Part shown: piece by piece, positions 1 to 10,749 of the stretch
How the letters are laid out: each line of letters opens with the position of its first letter
Numbering within the stretch: the stretch's first letter is position 1
NCBI GenBank assembly: GCA_965247095.1
Contig: OZ251997.1
Location: forward strand, 1,088,001 to 1,152,000
Reading direction: 5' to 3'
Length of the DNA: 64,000 nucleotides
Source: Candidatus Multivorans sp.
GTDB taxonomy: Bacteria; Acidobacteriota; Thermoanaerobaculia; Multivoradales; Multivoraceae
Position numbers and translations under genes: made by a program
Notes under the pieces: generated by a model
Told to the model about the DNA's origin: nothing
The model's input: only the letters and a program-made list of their open reading frames with translations
Databases searched by the model: none

Positions 1-2
1 CG

Positions 3-1502
<1,500 letters not shown>

Positions 1503-1586
1503 ACCTCAAGACCCAAGGGAGGAGACGCCCGAGCGATACCGCGGTGTGCTGCACAAGTCGTTGTTTCTCAGTAAGATACGGCTCTC

Positions 1587-3395
1587 ATGACGAAAACTCG
1601 TAGTAGCGCACTCTGGATACCTGCGCTGGTCTGCGGCGCGCTCGCAACACTCGCGGCGTCCGGGGCCCATGCCCAGGAGCGCTACCACCCCGCGATCGAC
1701 CCGGAGCTCTTCCCGGTGCCGGAGAGCCTGGAGGCGGCGGTGGAGTTCTGGCAGAAGGTGTTCACCGCCTACACCAGCGACCAGGTCGTCCTCCACGACG
1801 AGAGGCGCCTGGAGGTCATCTACAGCGTCGTCGACATGAGCGACCTGCGCATCCAGGGCGCGTCGGAGCTCCAGATCGACCGCGCCCGGATCAGGCGCGT
1901 CCGCGCCGAGATGAGCCGCATCTCCAAGGCCCTCCGGGATCTTGCGGCGGGACGGCCGGTGATGAACCTGCCGGCGGATCTGCGGTCCATACCCACCCGG
2001 ATGGAGCATGTGGCGGGCGGCAGGTCGAAGTACCGGCGGGCCGCGGGAATGGTCCGCGACCAGCGGGGGCTGCGCAACCGTTTCGAGGAGGCGATCGAGA
2101 TCTCGGGCATGTTCATGCCCGGCATCGAGCGAACGCTCGCGGAGTACGGCCTGCCGATGGAACTCCGTTGCCTGCCGTTCGTGGAGTCGATGTTCAACTA
2201 CCGGGCACGCTCGAAGGTCGGAGCTTCCGGTGCGTGGCAGTTCACCGCCTCGACCGGCCGGTTCTTCCTGCAGATGGACGAGGCGGTCGACGCGCGGTCG
2301 GACGTGCTCCTGGCCGCTGCCGGCGCGGCGCGCAAGTTGCGGCAGGACTACGAGTCGCTCGAGGCTTGGCCTCTGGCGTTGACTGCCTACAACCACGGCG
2401 CCGGCGGTATGACGCGGGCCGTGCGCCGGCTGGGGACGCGGGATATTGCGGTGGTGGTGGAGAAGTACAAGTCGCGGACCTTCGGCTTCGCCTCGCGCAA
2501 CTTCTACGCCGAGTTCATCGCGGCGGTGATTTCCTACGTCGAGCGTGAACGTCACTTCCCGAACGTCGAGCCGTTCCCCGAGATCCGATTCGATGTCGTC
2601 AACCGGGATCGGTACGTGGCCCTGACCGATCTGGCCGCGGCGACCGGCGTTGCGATCGACGCGCTCGCGGAACTCAATCCCGCGCTGGACCGGACCGTGC
2701 TGGCGGGCTCTCTCCTGGTGCCGCCGCGCTACCCGCTTCGGGTGCCGCAGGGCATGGCCGCGCAGTTCGAGCAGGCGTATGCCGAACTGCCGCCGGATCA
2801 TAAGGCCGACCGTCAGGCCGCATTCGGATACAGCGTTCGTCGGGGCGACACGTTGGGTGGGATCGCGCGCCGATTCGGCGCCAGCGTGGCGGAGCTCCAG
2901 CGCGCAAATCGCCTGCCGAGGGCGGACCGCATCTACATAGGCCAGCGGCTGCGAATTCCGCAGCGCGGTGCGGGGCCCGCGGCGCCGCGACCGGTCCGCC
3001 GGGCCGCGCTCGATCCGTCTGGTACGAACGAACCGGCGCGGACTGCGACGCCTTCGGCCCCCCAGGTGGCAAATAGAGGGGAGCAGCCGTCCGGGGACAC
3101 CGTCCACGTCGTCAGGAAGGGTGAATCTCTGCACCGTATCGCCAGGAAATACGGTACCTCCGTCAAGGTCCTGGCGGCGGCGAACAACCTGCGGCGGCCC
3201 GAACTGATTCACGCCGGCCAGCGCCTGGTGATTCCGCTGGACGGTGAGGAGATGTTCTACCGGGTCCGGCGGGGCGACACCCTGAGTCAGTTGGCGCGCA
3301 CGTTCCGGACCTCAGCCGCCAGGATCCGCCAGACCAACGGGCTGCGCGGCAACCTGATCGTCATCGGGCAGACGCTTCGCATACCGACAGGATGA
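1587..3395 (+). CDS. Lytic murein transglycosylase (MltD-like SLT domain) with three LysM domains
   Basis: Signal peptide; SLT motifs FVES, GAWQF, AYNHG; LysM repeats YSVRRGDTL, HVVRKGESL, YRVRRGDTL. Confidence 0.92.
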   Translation: MTKTRSSALWIPALVCGALATLAASGAHAQERYHPAIDPELFPVPESLEAAVEFWQKVFTAYTSDQVVLHDERRLEVIYSVVDMSDLRIQGASELQIDRARIRRVRAEMSRISKALRDLAAGRPVMNLPADLRSIPTRMEHVAGGRSKYRRAAGMVRDQRGLRNRFEEAIEISGMFMPGIERTLAEYGLPMELRCLPFVESMFNYRARSKVGASGAWQFTASTGRFFLQMDEAVDARSDVLLAAAGAARKLRQDYESLEAWPLALTAYNHGAGGMTRAVRRLGTRDIAVVVEKYKSRTFGFASRNFYAEFIAAVISYVERERHFPNVEPFPEIRFDVVNRDRYVALTDLAAATGVAIDALAELNPALDRTVLAGSLLVPPRYPLRVPQGMAAQFEQAYAELPPDHKADRQAAFGYSVRRGDTLGGIARRFGASVAELQRANRLPRADRIYIGQRLRIPQRGAGPAAPRPVRRAALDPSGTNEPARTATPSAPQVANRGEQPSGDTVHVVRKGESLHRIARKYGTSVKVLAAANNLRRPELIHAGQRLVIPLDGEEMFYRVRRGDTLSQLARTFRTSAARIRQTNGLRGNLIVIGQTLRIPTG

Positions 3396-5127
3396 TTCTC
3401 CGGTCGGGCCGTTCGAGGCGTTTGGCGGCGCTCGCGGCGGTCACGGGATTCTTCCTTGCCGGCTGTGGTGACGAGGCAGGGCGGGCGGCGGATCTGGTTC
3501 TCCTGGGTGGCCGTCTGGTCACCCTGAGCGAAGACGTTGAGCGAGCTCCCGCCGAGGCGGAAGCGCTTGCCGCGGTGGATGGCCACATCGTGTTCGTCGG
3601 CGCCGACGAGACGGCCAGGAGTTGGGTCGGCCCGGATACGGAGGTGCTCGACCTGGAGGGCCGTCTGGCGGTGCCGGGTCTGATCGAGGGGCACGGACAC
3701 TTCTGGGGTCTCGGCGAATCGAAGCTCCAGTTGGCGCTCGAGTCCGCGTCATCCTGGGACGAGATCGTCGCCCAGGTGGCGGCCGCGGTCGAAGGAACCC
3801 CACCGGGCGCCTGGATCCTGGGGCGTGGCTGGCATCAATCCAAGTGGTCGGAACCGCCTGTTGCGAGTGTGCAGGGACTACCTGTTCATGCCGGCCTGAG
3901 CGCGGCGTCGCCAGAGAATCCCGTGCTCCTGACCCACGCGAGCGGCCACATGGCCTTCGTCAACGCACGGGCCATGGCGCTCGCCGGAATCGACGAGGCA
4001 ACCCCGGACCCGGACGGTGGCGAGATCGTGCGCGACAGAGCGGGGCAGCCGACCGGCGCGCTCAGAGAGACGGCGGAGAACCTGGTGGCGGGCCTGCGCG
4101 GCGAGACGCTGGAGTGGAACCACGTCCGGCGCGTGGTGCGCATCGCGGCTGAGGAATGTCTCGCCAAGGGCATCACCAGCTTTCAGGACGCCGGCTCAAG
4201 TTTTGAGCTGATCGACATCTATCGACAGATGGCGGACGAGGGGTCCCTTCCGCTGCGTCTGTGGGTGATGGTGGGGGAGGGCAACGAATCCCTGGCCGAG
4301 TCCCTGAGCCGGTACCGAATGATCGACCGCGGAGACGGCTTTCTGACCGTACGGGCCATCAAGCGATCCATCGACGGCGCCCTGGGTTCGCACGGCGCCT
4401 GGCTGCTTGCGCCCTACGAGGATCTGCCGCAATCCAGCGGTCTGAACACGACGAGCCTTGAAGCCATGGAGGAGACGGCACGGCTGGCGCGGGAGCACGA
4501 CTTCCAGCTCTGCGTCCACGCCATCGGCGACCGGGCGAACCGCGAGACACTCGACCTGTTCGAACGGGCGCTTGCCGGCGACCGGGACCAACGCTGGCGG
4601 ATCGAACATGCCCAGCACCTGCACCCGGACGATGTTCCACGCTTCGCCGGGCTCGGCGTCATCGCCTCGATGCAGGCGGTTCACTGCACATCCGACGGAC
4701 CCTGGGTGCCGGACCGGCTCGGGGAGGAACGCGCGGCCGAAGGCGCCTACGTGTGGCGAAGTTGATCGACTCCGGCGCCGTGGTGACCAACGGCACGGAC
4801 GCCCCGGTCGAGGATGTCGATCCGATCGCGTCCTTTTATGCCGCGGTCAGCCGCCGGATGGGGAACGGCGAGGTGTTCGAGCCAGACCAGCGGATGACCC
4901 GGGAAGAGGCGCTCCGTTCGTACACACTCGACGCGGCCTATTCGGCCTTCGAGGAAGATCGGAAGGGCAGCCTGGAGGTCGGCAAGCTCGCGGACGTGAC
5001 GGTTCTCTCCCGCGACATCATGACCGTGCCCGAGGAGGAGATTCCCGGTACCGAGGTCGTCTACACGATCGTAGGCGGCCGGGTGGCTTACCGCCATCCG
5101 TCGGCTTCGACTTCAGGCGACGGATGA
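3392..5127 (+). pseudogene. Amidohydrolase family 3 (YtcJ-like) lipoprotein split by a -1 frameshift near 4759
   Basis: ORF 3392-4765 has lipobox LAGC, EGHGH, HAIGDRAN and RIEHAQ. The C-terminal motifs GTDAPVE and GSLEVGKLAD continue in ORF 4753-5127. May be a sequencing error. Confidence 0.8.
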
Positions 5128-5705
5128 GCCCTCGCAGGGCGGGTTCGGCGGTTCGCTCGGGTGAAGTGAAGTTGCTGGGCGGCCGCTGGCGGGGCCGCCG
5201 TCTCGCGACGCCGGCGGGCATTCGCCCCAGCCAGGCCCGGGTGCGCGAAGCGCTGTTCTCCCACTGGGGCGATCGCGTCCTCTGCTGCCGCTTCCTGGAG
5301 CTCTACGCGGGCTCCGGCTGCGTCTCGCTGGAGGCGTTGTCCCGGGGCGCCGGGTCGGCCCTCGCCGTCGATTGGGATCGAGGCGCCTTGGAGTGCATGG
5401 AAGGGAACCGGGAGCGCCTGGGCGCCGATGCGCTGCGCCTGGCCCGAGCGCGCCTTCCCGAGCGTCTGGGCGCCGCCACAGGCGGAGAGGCCGCCTTCGA
5501 CCTGGCCTTCATCGACCCGCCGTACGACGCGCCAGGGCTCGACGACCTCCTGGCCGCCGTTGCCGGGTTGATCGGGGACGGCGGGGAAGTCGTGCTGGAG
5601 CACTCGAGCCGGCGACGCCCGCCCGCGAGTGCGGGCCGACTCCGGCTCACTGGCGAGAGGCGCTACGGCGACAGCGCCCTGGCCTTCTACATCGCTAGCG
5701 GCTAA
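5124..5705 (+). CDS. rsmD: 16S rRNA m2G966 methyltransferase
   Basis: GGRWRGRRL, RPSQARVREALF, LELYAGSG, DPPY, RRYGDS; ATGA overlap with the upstream stop. Confidence 0.88.
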   Translation: MSPRRAGSAVRSGEVKLLGGRWRGRRLATPAGIRPSQARVREALFSHWGDRVLCCRFLELYAGSGCVSLEALSRGAGSALAVDWDRGALECMEGNRERLGADALRLARARLPERLGAATGGEAAFDLAFIDPPYDAPGLDDLLAAVAGLIGDGGEVVLEHSSRRRPPASAGRLRLTGERRYGDSALAFYIASG

Positions 5706-5713
5706 GCGGGACC

Positions 5714-5800
5714 TGGTGCGAAAGGGGGGACTCGAACCCCCACGGTATTGCTACCACAAGATCCTGAATCTTGCGCGTCTACCAATTCCGCCACTTTCGC
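5714..5800 (-). tRNA. tRNA-Leu(CAG)
   Basis: Reverse complement GCGAAAGTGGCGGAATTGGTAGACGC...CAAGA-TTCAGGA-TCTTG, long variable arm, GGTTCGAGTCC, CCA end. Confidence 0.96.
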
Positions 5801-5909
5801 AACGACCCGGAGGCTCCGCCGCTTTCGCGGCGGCCCATGGACCAGGCGGGGATTGTAACCGCATACCGGGGTTGCTGGCAGCCCCTCCACGAACTGCTAG
5901 GCTCGTTCC

Positions 5910-6437
5910 ATGAGCAGATCACTTCATCGGTGTGTGGCTCTCGTCGGCGGGACCTTGCGTGCCGCGCTTCCACTGTTGCTCGCCATCGCGTGTCTCGCAG
6001 GCGTGGCCGGTTGCGCCCAGACCGGGCCGGACGGGGCGAAGGACGAGGATCGGCTGGCGATCGAGGCCGTTCTCACGGACTACCTGCCGAAGCTCGGCGC
6101 TGCCTACGCGAGGGGAGATTTCGAGTCACTCGCTTCCGGGGCCGTACCGAAGGAGGTCGAGACGGTCAGAAGGCGGGTCTACGAGCTGGAAACGGGGGAG
6201 AGCCGTACTCTGCAACCGACGCTCAAGAGCTTCGAGATCGAGCGGATCGATGTCTGGCGCTACTCCAACGCGGTCGTGACCACCCTCGAGGTTTGGGACA
6301 TCCAGTCCCTGGCCAGCGGTACCGAGCAGGTACTCGCGTCGGCTATCGATCGCTACCGTGTGCGCTACCAGTTCAAGCGGCGCGACGAGGGTTGGATGGT
6401 GATCGACCGCCGGATCGAATACCAGTTCGAGTCATAA
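5910..6437 (+). CDS. Hypothetical lipoprotein (possible NTF2-like fold)
   Basis: Lipobox VAGC, GC3-rich codons, helix followed by beta strands ending GWMVIDR; extended -10 just upstream. Confidence 0.7.
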   Translation: MSRSLHRCVALVGGTLRAALPLLLAIACLAGVAGCAQTGPDGAKDEDRLAIEAVLTDYLPKLGAAYARGDFESLASGAVPKEVETVRRRVYELETGESRTLQPTLKSFEIERIDVWRYSNAVVTTLEVWDIQSLASGTEQVLASAIDRYRVRYQFKRRDEGWMVIDRRIEYQFES

Positions 6438-6453
6438 CGCGGGACTCCCTCTC

Positions 6454-7776
6454 GTGCCAGCCGCGATCGCGATCGTCGGTCGCCCCAACGTCGGCAAGTC
6501 GACACTCTTCAACCGGTTGATCGGCCGCCGGCAGGCGATCGTCCACGGAACGCCCGGCGTGACGCGGGACCGCCTGGTCGGCCGCTTCGAACTCGAAGGT
6601 CGCGGCGTCGTCGAGCTGATTGACACCGGAGGCCTGGTGCCGGGCGACGACCCCCTGGGATTGAACGCCCAGGTCGAGTTCGCGATCGAAGAGAGCGACT
6701 TGCTTCTGCTCGTTGTCGACGGCAGGGACGGGCTGGCCGCGGCCGACGAGCAGGTCATGGAGCGGCTTCGGGGTTACGACCGGCCGATCGTCATTGTCGT
6801 CAACAAGTCGGATACCCGGGCCGCACAGGAGGGATACCAGGAGTTCTACGCTCTGGGCGCCGATGGACTCGTTCTCGTGTCCGCGGAACATGGCACGGGT
6901 CTCGGATCGCTGCACGAAGAGGTCGCCCGGCATCTTGCCTGTGCGGCGCCGGCGCTCGAGCCCGAGGCCTCCGGGGTCGCGGTAGTGGGTCGGCCGAATG
7001 TGGGCAAGTCCTCGTTGATCAACCGGTTGCTGGGCCGGGAACGGACGCTCGTAGCGCCGACTGCCGGAACGACGAGAGATCCGATCGACAGCCTGCTGCA
7101 ACGCGCGGAAGGCCCGGACTACCTGCTCGTGGATACGGCCGGTATTCGCCGCCGTTCCCAGGTCCAGGACGTTCCGGAGGAACTGGCTGTGATGCTCGCC
7201 CAGAGGCAGATCGAGCGTGCCGAACTGGTGGTCCTCGTGGTCGACGTGAGCCATGGGATCACAACCGGTGATCTGGCCATTGCCAATGCAGCCTGGCAGG
7301 CCGGACGCTCGGCCGTCATCGCCTGCAACAAGTGGGATCTCCTGGACGGGGAGGGTCGGGAGCGGCTCGAAGCGGGCTGGGAGCGCGTGGCGGAGGTGTT
7401 CGCCAAGCCGCCTCGCGTCAACGTCTCCGCGTTGACGGGACGGGGCGTGGGCAGCATCCTGCCCGCTCTCGATCGGGTCCGGGAGCGCCACCGGTTGCGG
7501 GTCCCGACCTCCGAACTGAACCGGGTGACGCACCGCATCGTGGCCCGCCACCAGCCGCCCGCAGAACGGGGCAGACCCTGGCGATTCTTCTACGGAGCCC
7601 AGGTGCAAGGGACACCTCCGACGTTTCTGCTGTTCGCGAACCGGCGCCTGAAACGTGGGCACACCTACCGGAAGTACCTCGAAAACCAGCTTCGAGGAGC
7701 GTTCGATCTCGAGGGCGTTCCGCTTCGCATCGTGGTCAGGGAACGGCGCGGCGAAGCCGAGCCGGTACCGGGCTGA
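6454..7776 (+). CDS. der: Ribosome biogenesis GTPase Der (EngA)
   Basis: Two GRPNVGKS P-loops, DTGG/DTAG, NKSD/NKWD, KH-like C-terminus YRKYLENQLR. Confidence 0.96.
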   Translation: MPAAIAIVGRPNVGKSTLFNRLIGRRQAIVHGTPGVTRDRLVGRFELEGRGVVELIDTGGLVPGDDPLGLNAQVEFAIEESDLLLLVVDGRDGLAAADEQVMERLRGYDRPIVIVVNKSDTRAAQEGYQEFYALGADGLVLVSAEHGTGLGSLHEEVARHLACAAPALEPEASGVAVVGRPNVGKSSLINRLLGRERTLVAPTAGTTRDPIDSLLQRAEGPDYLLVDTAGIRRRSQVQDVPEELAVMLAQRQIERAELVVLVVDVSHGITTGDLAIANAAWQAGRSAVIACNKWDLLDGEGRERLEAGWERVAEVFAKPPRVNVSALTGRGVGSILPALDRVRERHRLRVPTSELNRVTHRIVARHQPPAERGRPWRFFYGAQVQGTPPTFLLFANRRLKRGHTYRKYLENQLRGAFDLEGVPLRIVVRERRGEAEPVPG

Positions 7777-7916
7777 GCGGCGGCCAGGAGACCTGACTTT
7801 GCCGTTTTGGGGTTTCGTATAGTCTCCTACCGCGTTTTCCCTGACTCCAGAGATCCGGGTCGCCGCCGTTCCTTGGCCAACCCGGGGATCATCTGCGGAC
7901 CAGGAGGAGACCGGTC

Positions 7917-8471
7917 ATTCCCTCCAAGCAGCAGTACAAGATTGCCGATGTGTGCCGGGTGCTGGACATCCAGCCCTACGTTCTGCGTTACTGGCAGACC
8001 GAGTTTCCGGTTCTCGCCTCGAAGAAGAGCGCGGGCGGCCGTCGGGAATATGACGCCGAGGACCTGGAGACCATTCGCCGGATCAAGGAGCTTCTGTACG
8101 ACGAGGGCCACACGATCGCCAGCGCCAAGAAGAAGCTCGCCGCTGAACTCGAGGAGGGCGGTGTCCGCGGGCGCCCTCTGATGGTGACCGAGGCGCGGGC
8201 CAACGGCGGCGAGCTGCCGGCGGAGGCTGAGCTGCCGGCGGAGGAAGGGCAGGGAGACGACGCGGAGACGGAAGAGGCCGAAACGGAGGAACCGGAGGCG
8301 GAGGAGGCGCTGGACAGCTCGCCGGCGGGTGTGGAGGCCTCCGATGTCGGCGAGATAGGCGCTTTGACCCGCCGGGTCGAGAGGCTCGAGGGTGGGGTTG
8401 CGGCGCTCGTTTCGCAGGCGCGCCAGCTTGCGGCCGAGCTCAAGCCTGAGATGGGCGTCGAGGACGACTGA
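7917..8471 (+). CDS. MerR-family HTH regulator with acidic linker
   Basis: IPSKQQYKIADVCRVLDIQPYVLRYWQTEFP...GGRREY...IKELLYDEGHTI. Probable ATT start after SD AGGAGG; the first standard start is GTG at 7950. Confidence 0.85.
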   Translation: MPSKQQYKIADVCRVLDIQPYVLRYWQTEFPVLASKKSAGGRREYDAEDLETIRRIKELLYDEGHTIASAKKKLAAELEEGGVRGRPLMVTEARANGGELPAEAELPAEEGQGDDAETEEAETEEPEAEEALDSSPAGVEASDVGEIGALTRRVERLEGGVAALVSQARQLAAELKPEMGVEDD

Positions 8472-8521
8472 TCGTGCGCCTGTTGCCAATCGCCGCGATC
8501 CAATAGAGAATGCCCCTCGGT

Positions 8522-8598
8522 CGGGACGTGGCGCAGTCTGGTAGCGTACCTGAATGGGGTTCAGGGGGTCGCGAGTTCGAATCTCGCCGTCCCGACCA
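8522..8598 (+). tRNA. tRNA-Pro(GGG)
   Basis: CGGGACGTGGCGCAGTCTGGTAGCG; anticodon arm CCTGA-ATGGGGT-TCAGG; GTTCGAATC; CCA end. Confidence 0.96.
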
Positions 8599-8665
8599 TT
8601 TGACGACTTGTCCAGCCCTGTAGCGCCCGGCCAGCCGCCAGTCCCGACATGCCGCCACTCCTGAC

Positions 8666-9124
8666 GTGAGGGCCGCCTCCGATGCGGCTGGTGTCAGGTT
8701 CGGCCTGGTGGCGGCGCGCTTTAACGGCAGCATCGTCGAGCGCCTGGTTGAGGGCGCCCGTGGGCGCCTGCTGGACCACGGGGCCAGGGCCGAAGACCTT
8801 CTGCTTGTCCGGGTTCCCGGCGCCTGGGAGATACCGGCGGCTCTCGATGCCCTGGCCGCCGGCGGAAGGGTCGATGCGCTGGTGGCGCTCGGCGCCGTGA
8901 TCCGAGGTGAGACACCACACTTCGAGTACATCTGCAACGCGTGCGCGGCAGGATGCGCCGGAGTCACCGCGCGAACCGGAATCCCCGTCGGGTTTGGCGT
9001 TCTCACCTGCAACGACGCGGAGCAGGCCGCTGCCCGCGCCGGGGGCAAGGCGGGAAACAAGGGCGAGGAGGCCGCTGAAGCAGCACTCGAGATGGTAAAT
9101 CTGCTGCGGTCGCTCAAGTCGTGA
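8666..9124 (+). CDS. ribH: 6,7-dimethyl-8-ribityllumazine synthase
   Basis: ARFN, VPGAWEIP, LGAVIRGETPHFEYI, FGVLT, NKGEEAA. Confidence 0.95.
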   Translation: MRAASDAAGVRFGLVAARFNGSIVERLVEGARGRLLDHGARAEDLLLVRVPGAWEIPAALDALAAGGRVDALVALGAVIRGETPHFEYICNACAAGCAGVTARTGIPVGFGVLTCNDAEQAAARAGGKAGNKGEEAAEAALEMVNLLRSLKS

Positions 9125-9681
9125 CCAAGGCCGGCGAAGCGTCATCGGCGGAAGGCGTGCTTCCGGCGAGTGGCGATCGGCCCCGACGGGCCGGTGGCAA
9201 ACGCCGCCAGGCCAGGGAAATGGCGCTGCAGATGCTCTACCAGCGGGAACTGGGGGACGCGGAACCGGCTCAACTGCTCAGGGCATTCGACATCCACGCG
9301 TTCCGCGCCGAGACCGCGGACGCCGGCGCCAGCCCGCAGGTCTCGGAGTTGGCGCTCGACTATGCCCGCACCTTGGTGGAGGGCAGTCTCGCCCACAAGG
9401 AGTCGATCGATCGTCTGGTCGCGGACCAGGCGGACAACTGGAGACTGGAGAGGATGCCCGTGGTTGATCGCAACGTCCTGCGTCTGGCGGTCTACGAGAT
9501 GCGCTTCCAGTCCGACGTGCCCGCGGTGGTGGTGATCGACGAAGCGATCGAACTGGCCAAGAAGTTCGGTTCCGAGCAGTCGGGGCGTTTCGTGAACGGA
9601 ATCCTCGACGCGCTGCGCACGACGCTGGCGGCCCGTGGTGGGAGTCCGTGTCGCACCGAGAGCGGCGAGGCGCGCGGCTGA
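9121..9681 (+). CDS. nusB: Transcription antitermination factor NusB
   Basis: RRQAREMALQMLYQ, NWRLERMPVVDRNVLRLA, IDEAIELAKKFG, FVNGILD. Confidence 0.96.
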   Translation: MTKAGEASSAEGVLPASGDRPRRAGGKRRQAREMALQMLYQRELGDAEPAQLLRAFDIHAFRAETADAGASPQVSELALDYARTLVEGSLAHKESIDRLVADQADNWRLERMPVVDRNVLRLAVYEMRFQSDVPAVVVIDEAIELAKKFGSEQSGRFVNGILDALRTTLAARGGSPCRTESGEARG

Positions 9682-9775
9682 CAACGCGCGGCTGACAGGC
9701 GCGGCTGACAGGCGCGGCAGACAAGGCGCGGCTGACAGGCGCGGCAGACAAGGCGCGGCTGACAGGGCGCGGCAG
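9671..9775 (+). repeat. Tandem repeat (VNTR) of 13-14 bp unit (G/C)GCGCGGCWGACA(A), about 7 full copies plus a partial one
   Basis: Units read directly at 9671, 9685, 9698, 9711, 9725, 9738 and 9752. Confidence 0.93.
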
Positions 9776-9793
9776 GCTGGTACGCTGACACCT

Positions 9794-10345
9794 ATGCGGA
9801 GCACTCCTCCGAAGCGACTTAGCGAGGCAGCGGCATTGCTACCGGTGCTGCTCCTGGCCGGCTGCGGCTACGCGCTCGTTGGCAAGGCGTCCAACATTCC
9901 CGACGACGTGCAACTGGTGTTCCTGCAGCCGTTCGAGAATCGGACCGCCCGGGCGGAGGTCGAGCAGTTCCTGACGCAGGCGATCGCGGACGAACTCGTG
10001 ACCCGTCGCCGCTTCGAACTCGTTTCCACCGAAGCGGAGTCGGATGCCACCATTCGCGGCGCGGTTACATCCTTCCGGGTCGCGCCCATCACCTTCACGA
10101 ACGACGGTCGTGCCCAGGAGTACGAACTGGCAATCGTCGCCGATGTCTCCTTCCGCCGCAGCGTCAAGACACCTGGCGGAGAAGAAGGGGAAGTGATCTG
10201 GGCGAATGACCGCTACCAGTTCAAGGAGAGCTACGAGGTCGAGAGCGCGGACAGCGACTTCTTCGACCGCGAGAACATCGCCATCGAAGACAGTGCGGAA
10301 CGGTTTGCCGACACGATGGTGACGGATCTGCTCGAGGGCTTCTGA
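9794..10345 (+). CDS. lptE: LPS assembly lipoprotein LptE
   Basis: Lipobox LLAGCGY, FENRT, QEYEL; lies next to rpsT. Confidence 0.85.
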   Translation: MRSTPPKRLSEAAALLPVLLLAGCGYALVGKASNIPDDVQLVFLQPFENRTARAEVEQFLTQAIADELVTRRRFELVSTEAESDATIRGAVTSFRVAPITFTNDGRAQEYELAIVADVSFRRSVKTPGGEEGEVIWANDRYQFKESYEVESADSDFFDRENIAIEDSAERFADTMVTDLLEGF

Positions 10346-10368
10346 GGCCCACACCCCCGGAGAGGGGA

Positions 10369-10677
10369 TTACCCTGCCTGGGTCACCTCGGTAGCTGCTT
10401 CCGCCGCGGCTGCAGCCTCGGTGCGGCGGTTCACGAGCCGGGTGAGTCTCGACTTACGGCGGGCGGCGGCGTTCGCGTGGATGGCGCCCTTGCGCGCTGT
10501 TACGTCGATCAGGCTCAACGTCCCGGGAAGCAGTTCCCGGGCACGCTCCACGTCGCTGTCGGCGGCTGTACGCAGCGCCTTGACCGAAGTACGGAGCTTC
10601 GACATCGCGGCGCGGTTGCGGTCCCTTCGGACTCGCGACTGCCGGATGCGCTTCTCTGCCTGTTTGCTGTTCGCCAT
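10369..10677 (-). CDS. rpsT: 30S ribosomal protein S20
   Basis: MANSKQAEKRIRQ...KGAIHANAAARRKSRL. Confidence 0.96.
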   Translation of the reverse strand: MANSKQAEKRIRQSRVRRDRNRAAMSKLRTSVKALRTAADSDVERARELLPGTLSLIDVTARKGAIHANAAARRKSRLTRLVNRRTEAAAAAEAATEVTQAG

Positions 10678-10749
10678 ATCGTCTTCTCTCACCCTTGGCC
10701 TGTACGTCATCCTATGCGGCCCGGGACACGGCGCCACCGGCGGCGCAGT

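Noticed and set aside
8649-8669. Six-codon uORF MPPLLT overlapping the ribH GTG, or a frameshifted ribH N-terminus
   Set aside because: Too short to support. Rebuilding a longer N-terminus needs two indels, and no FMN riboswitch is visible.
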